DNA of 64,000 nucleotides from Trinickia sp. (GTDB lineage Bacteria; Pseudomonadota; Gammaproteobacteria; Burkholderiales; Burkholderiaceae): NCBI RefSeq assembly GCF_036503415.1, contig NZ_DASXWY010000180.1, positions 5,065 to 69,064 of the forward strand, read 5' to 3'. Shown piece by piece: positions 60,840 to 64,000 of this stretch (position 1 is its first letter; each line of letters starts with the position of its first letter). The notes under the pieces were generated by a model. It saw only the letters and a program-made list of their open reading frames with translations, ran no database searches and was not told where the DNA came from. The position numbers and the translations under genes were made by a program.

Positions 60840-62183
60840 ATGAGCGAAAAAACGCCACCGAACGCCGGCCACGCCGGTCCAGACACTCCAGTCCACTCCT
60901 CCAGCGATTCTTTTGCCGCACCGCATACGTCCGAGCCGTCGGGCACGACGGCGGGAGCGGCGTCCCCGGGCGGACCCGACGCACCGCCGCCGCTGGCCCC
61001 GGCCGGCGGCGCGGGAGCGAGCGGTACCGCTGCCGAAGCAGCGGCGCGTGCGTCGACCGATACGCCCGGGAGTGCTTCGACGGTGGCCGTTACCCCCGAA
61101 GCGGCGCCCCCGCAATCGGGCGCGGCGGCTGAAGCCGCCGAAGCGCGGGCGTCGGCGGCGCGCGAGACGTCGGCACAGGAGAGCGCCGCGCACGAGGCCG
61201 AACGATCGCCGGGAGGAGGGGCGCCGCCGCCGGGATTCGGTGCGCCGCCCGACTTCGATGTCCCGCGCCCGCCGCCCCCGGGCGCCGCCGGGACCGTGTC
61301 CAGACCTGCCTATCTGAAGTACAACGACTCGGCGTGGACGGTCTTCGGCCGGACGATCGCGGCGCGCGCGCGACTCTTTTTCGACCGGGCGGGGCAGCGG
61401 ATCACCCAACGCACGCTGCGCATCGGCGTGTCGGCACGGATCTTTCACCCCGAGCCGGGGGCGATCGGGTTGCGGGGCAAAACGCTGCAATATCTCGAGG
61501 AATCGGTGGCGCACTGGGTGATGTCGCGCGATGTGATGGTCTTCATGATTCCGACGGTCGGCCATCAAGGCATGCTTCATCCGAGCAACATCCGCCTGCG
61601 CGATTACGCCAAGCATCTCGACGGCCTGTTGCTGCAGGGCGGCGCCGATGTCTCGCCGCAGACGTATGCCGCCACGGAAACATTGGCCGAATGGCCGGGC
61701 GATCGCGTGCGCGACATGTACGAGCTCGAACTGCTGCACGAATTCATCGAATCGGGCAAGCCGGTGCTCGGAATTTGCCGCGGGTGCCAACTCATCAATG
61801 TCGCGTTTGGCGGCTCGCTCTATCAGGACATCGCGACCGAAGTGCCGACAGCGGGCGTCCATGTCAATGAGCGTTACGATCAGCATCGGCACTCGGTCCG
61901 GTTCCCGGATGGCTCGACCCTGGTCAATATGTTCCCGGGGCGCCGCGAGGCGCTGGTCAATTCGATCCACCATCAGGCCGTGAAGACGCTGGGCCGCGAC
62001 TTGAACGTGGAGGCGGTCTCGGCTGGGGACGGGCTGATCGAGGCGGTGCGCTATCGGCGGGCGCCGTTCGTGATGGGCGTGCAATGGCACCCCGAATTCC
62101 ATCGCGCGGGCGGCCCGGAGCTGCTCGATTGCACGCCGCTGCTCGACAGCTTTTTGCGCGCGGCGCGCGAGACGCGTCTGTGA
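60840..62183 (+). CDS. Peptidase C26 / gamma-glutamyl-gamma-aminobutyrate hydrolase family with a long low-complexity N-terminus
   Basis: GLLLQGGADV; LGICRGCQ (nucleophile Cys); VNSIHHQ; GVQWHPEF. Confidence 0.9.
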   Translation: MSEKTPPNAGHAGPDTPVHSSSDSFAAPHTSEPSGTTAGAASPGGPDAPPPLAPAGGAGASGTAAEAAARASTDTPGSASTVAVTPEAAPPQSGAAAEAAEARASAARETSAQESAAHEAERSPGGGAPPPGFGAPPDFDVPRPPPPGAAGTVSRPAYLKYNDSAWTVFGRTIAARARLFFDRAGQRITQRTLRIGVSARIFHPEPGAIGLRGKTLQYLEESVAHWVMSRDVMVFMIPTVGHQGMLHPSNIRLRDYAKHLDGLLLQGGADVSPQTYAATETLAEWPGDRVRDMYELELLHEFIESGKPVLGICRGCQLINVAFGGSLYQDIATEVPTAGVHVNERYDQHRHSVRFPDGSTLVNMFPGRREALVNSIHHQAVKTLGRDLNVEAVSAGDGLIEAVRYRRAPFVMGVQWHPEFHRAGGPELLDCTPLLDSFLRAARETRL

Positions 62184-62216
62184 GCCGCATGCGGTGCCGC
62201 GGCGGCGACAAAGGTG

Positions 62217-62245
62217 TTGACACGATTCAGCAGGTTATACATAAT
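62217..62245 (+). promoter_or_regulatory. Sigma70 promoter of the tRNA Gly-Gly-Cys operon
   Basis: TTGACA-17 bp-CATAAT. Confidence 0.85.
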
Positions 62246-62322
62246 CTCGCTTCTCCGGTGACAAGCCTTTGAGCGCGATGCGCTGAGCCAGGCGAGTCGA
62301 TCGTCAGCCGGGGAGGCGCACT

Positions 62323-62398
62323 GCGGGAGTAGCTCAGTTGGTAGAGCGCAACCTTGCCAAGGTTGAGGTCGCGAGTTCGAGACTCGTCTCCCGCTCCA
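62323..62398 (+). tRNA. tRNA-Gly(GCC)
   Basis: GCGGGAGTAGCTCAGTTGGTAGAGCGCAACCTTGCCAAGGTTG...CCCGCTCCA. Confidence 0.97.
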
Positions 62399-62461
62399 GT
62401 TTCGCGAAGATGTTGCGGCGGCGAGGCAAATTGCCGGGCAGCATTGAACATGCAGGTCAAA

Positions 62462-62537
62462 GCGGGAGTAGCTCAGTTGGTAGAGCGCAACCTTGCCAAG
62501 GTTGAGGTCGCGAGTTCGAGACTCGTCTCCCGCTCCA
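62462..62537 (+). tRNA. tRNA-Gly(GCC), identical second copy
   Basis: Same 76-nt sequence as 62323-62398. Confidence 0.97.
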
Positions 62538-62629
62538 GGTGGATAGGGGAAGCTGAGCTTCCCTTTTTGTTTAGTCATTCGCGGTTCGTTGTAGCCTGGC
62601 AGGCCGCGACGTCCGGTGAGTCCGCTTAC

Positions 62630-62703
62630 GGCGCGATAGCAAAGCGGTTATGCAGCGGCCTGCAAAGCCGTGTAGGCCGGTTCGACTCCGGCTCGCGCCT
62701 CCA
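62630..62703 (+). tRNA. tRNA-Cys(GCA)
   Basis: GGCGCGATAGCAAAGCGG...GGCCTGCAAAGCC...GGTTCGACTCCGGCTCGCGCCTCCA. Confidence 0.97.
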
Positions 62704-62709
62704 GACAGA

Positions 62710-62740
62710 AAAAAAGCCCTGATCCGTCAGGGCTTTTTTT
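62710..62740. terminator. Bidirectional terminator after tRNA-Cys
   Basis: A-run-GCCCTGA-TCCG-TCAGGGC-T-run. Confidence 0.85.
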
Positions 62741-62799
62741 CTGCGACAGATTCCTCTGGGGAACTGACGTGTCCTCCGTCGCCTGACTTGGCTCCCGTT

Positions 62800-63579
62800 T
62801 CATTGCTGGCTGTCCAGCGCCTCTAATATCAAAGGCATCAGCGACCTGTCGGCGGCCACAAACTCGAACTGATCGCGCAGGGACGGTAAATAAAACAAAC
62901 CGCTGTGATTGTGCGGGACTCCGACTTCATCCAGAAACAACGTGCCTGCGGCTAAATCCCAGCTTTTCAAGTACTCAGCGCAGCCACTTAAAATGCCTTC
63001 GGCGACCAGGCATAAATCCAGGCAAGGCGATGCCAAACGCCTAAAGTCATCCACATAGCGCAATAGAGTAGACATCGTATCCAATTGTCGCTCGTGTAAG
63101 CGCCGATCGTGAGCAAAGCCAGTAGAGAAAATGGTTTTATTTGTGCGGGTGGCTCGGTGAACTGGTGCGCCATTTTTCATCAAGCCGTTTCCTCGTTTGG
63201 CGTGATAAATGTCGCCGTTTGGTAAATTGACCACAAAAGCGTATTGAATGCGATTATTTGAAACGAGGCTGATCGAGGTACTGAAATATGGGAAGCCTAT
63301 TATCGCGTTCATTGTGCCGTCGAGCGGGTCGACGAGCCAAAAATCTTCTTCCGAAGCGTTGGCGGACGTGACTTCTTCGATCGATTCTTCGCTAATGTAG
63401 TCTATGTCCAAGATGTTTTTAAGCTCTACTGCCAGGTGTTTATCTATCCAAAGGTCAAGATCTGTCGTGTATCCGTCGTTCGTTTTTTCGGATGCGATAT
63501 GCGCTCGAGCGGTATCGCGATAACGCTGTGAAACCGATCGTAGTATCTCCAGAACTGCAGTCGATTGTATGTCTGTCAT
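62800..63579 (-). CDS. Inositol monophosphatase-family phosphatase, AT-rich
   Basis: ISEE, WLVDPLDGTMN, WDLAAG metal/substrate motifs; visibly lower GC than its flanks. Confidence 0.88.
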   Translation of the reverse strand: MTDIQSTAVLEILRSVSQRYRDTARAHIASEKTNDGYTTDLDLWIDKHLAVELKNILDIDYISEESIEEVTSANASEEDFWLVDPLDGTMNAIIGFPYFSTSISLVSNNRIQYAFVVNLPNGDIYHAKRGNGLMKNGAPVHRATRTNKTIFSTGFAHDRRLHERQLDTMSTLLRYVDDFRRLASPCLDLCLVAEGILSGCAEYLKSWDLAAGTLFLDEVGVPHNHSGLFYLPSLRDQFEFVAADRSLMPLILEALDSQQ

Positions 63580-63674
63580 TTTATTTCCGTCTTTGTCGTC
63601 AAATCGATGAGATCGCTGCGGCGATATTCGCGATCCTGCGCCTCGTACCTGCCATTATCGGCTTGGCAAGTACC

Positions 63675-64000
63675 TCACAAATGGCTTGAACGATCGATGG
63701 TCGACGTCCGCGTCGACACTTGCTTGCGTTGATATTGCGCGGGTGAAATCCCGAAGGCTCGACAAAAATCCTTGGTCAGATGGGCCTGATCGAAGTATCC
63801 CAACTCGGTGGCCAGCCCGGCAAGTTGCGTGCTGCGGTCCGACGCGAGGCGATACGCCGCATCTTGCAGCCTGTAACGTTGGATCACCCATTTGGGGGAT
63901 ACTCCGACGTATTCACGGAAGAGCCGCTGCATTGCGCGCAGGCTCATGCCGAACGCCTCGGCGAGTGTCTCGACCCGCGCCGCGCCGCCTTCGCGACGGA
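63675..64000 (-). CDS. AraC-family regulator, C-terminal HTH (5' end beyond window)
   Basis: RVETLAEAFGMSLRAMQRLFREYVGVSPKW...LGYFDQAHLTKDF; frame open to the window edge. Confidence 0.9.
   Translation of the reverse strand, partial: RREGGAARVETLAEAFGMSLRAMQRLFREYVGVSPKWVIQRYRLQDAAYRLASDRSTQLAGLATELGYFDQAHLTKDFCRAFGISPAQYQRKQVSTRTSTIDRSSHL

Noticed and set aside
62323-62537. 76-bp direct repeat as CRISPR or att duplication
   Set aside because: These are two complete tRNA-Gly genes; no CRISPR array or cas gene was seen in the window.

Overview
GC-rich betaproteobacterial chromosome window, probably Burkholderiaceae (Trinickia/Paraburkholderia-like; inferred from gene content, porin type and synteny). 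Core blocks: minCDE, hemW-rdgB-rph / yicC-gmk-rpoZ-spoT, greB, porin, csp, fbp-pepN, xdhABC-add-guaD, dsbB, and six tRNA genes (Ser, Arg, Thr, Gly x2, Cys). Accessory material: (1) at the left edge, a TolC / adaptor / GAF-adaptor / M50 protease-adaptor export cluster with no ABC ATPase in view; (2) a 292-bp symmetric MITE-like element with twin hairpins; (3) a two-gene secreted module (a possible free-standing prodomain plus a papain-like Cys protease) divergent from an AHL-type LuxR with no LuxI in the window; (4) a ~1.8-kb island bounded by 23-bp direct repeats at tRNA-Ser, holding a DUF2778/Tlde1-like effector, a candidate membrane immunity gene, and higBA and excisionase-like scars; (5) a protocatechuate cluster without pcaD, carrying both PcaQ-like and PcaR/PcaU-like sites; (6) an AT-rich inositol-monophosphatase-family gene behind tRNA-Cys. 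Family assignments rest on motifs read by eye and on recalled family knowledge; no database searches were run.
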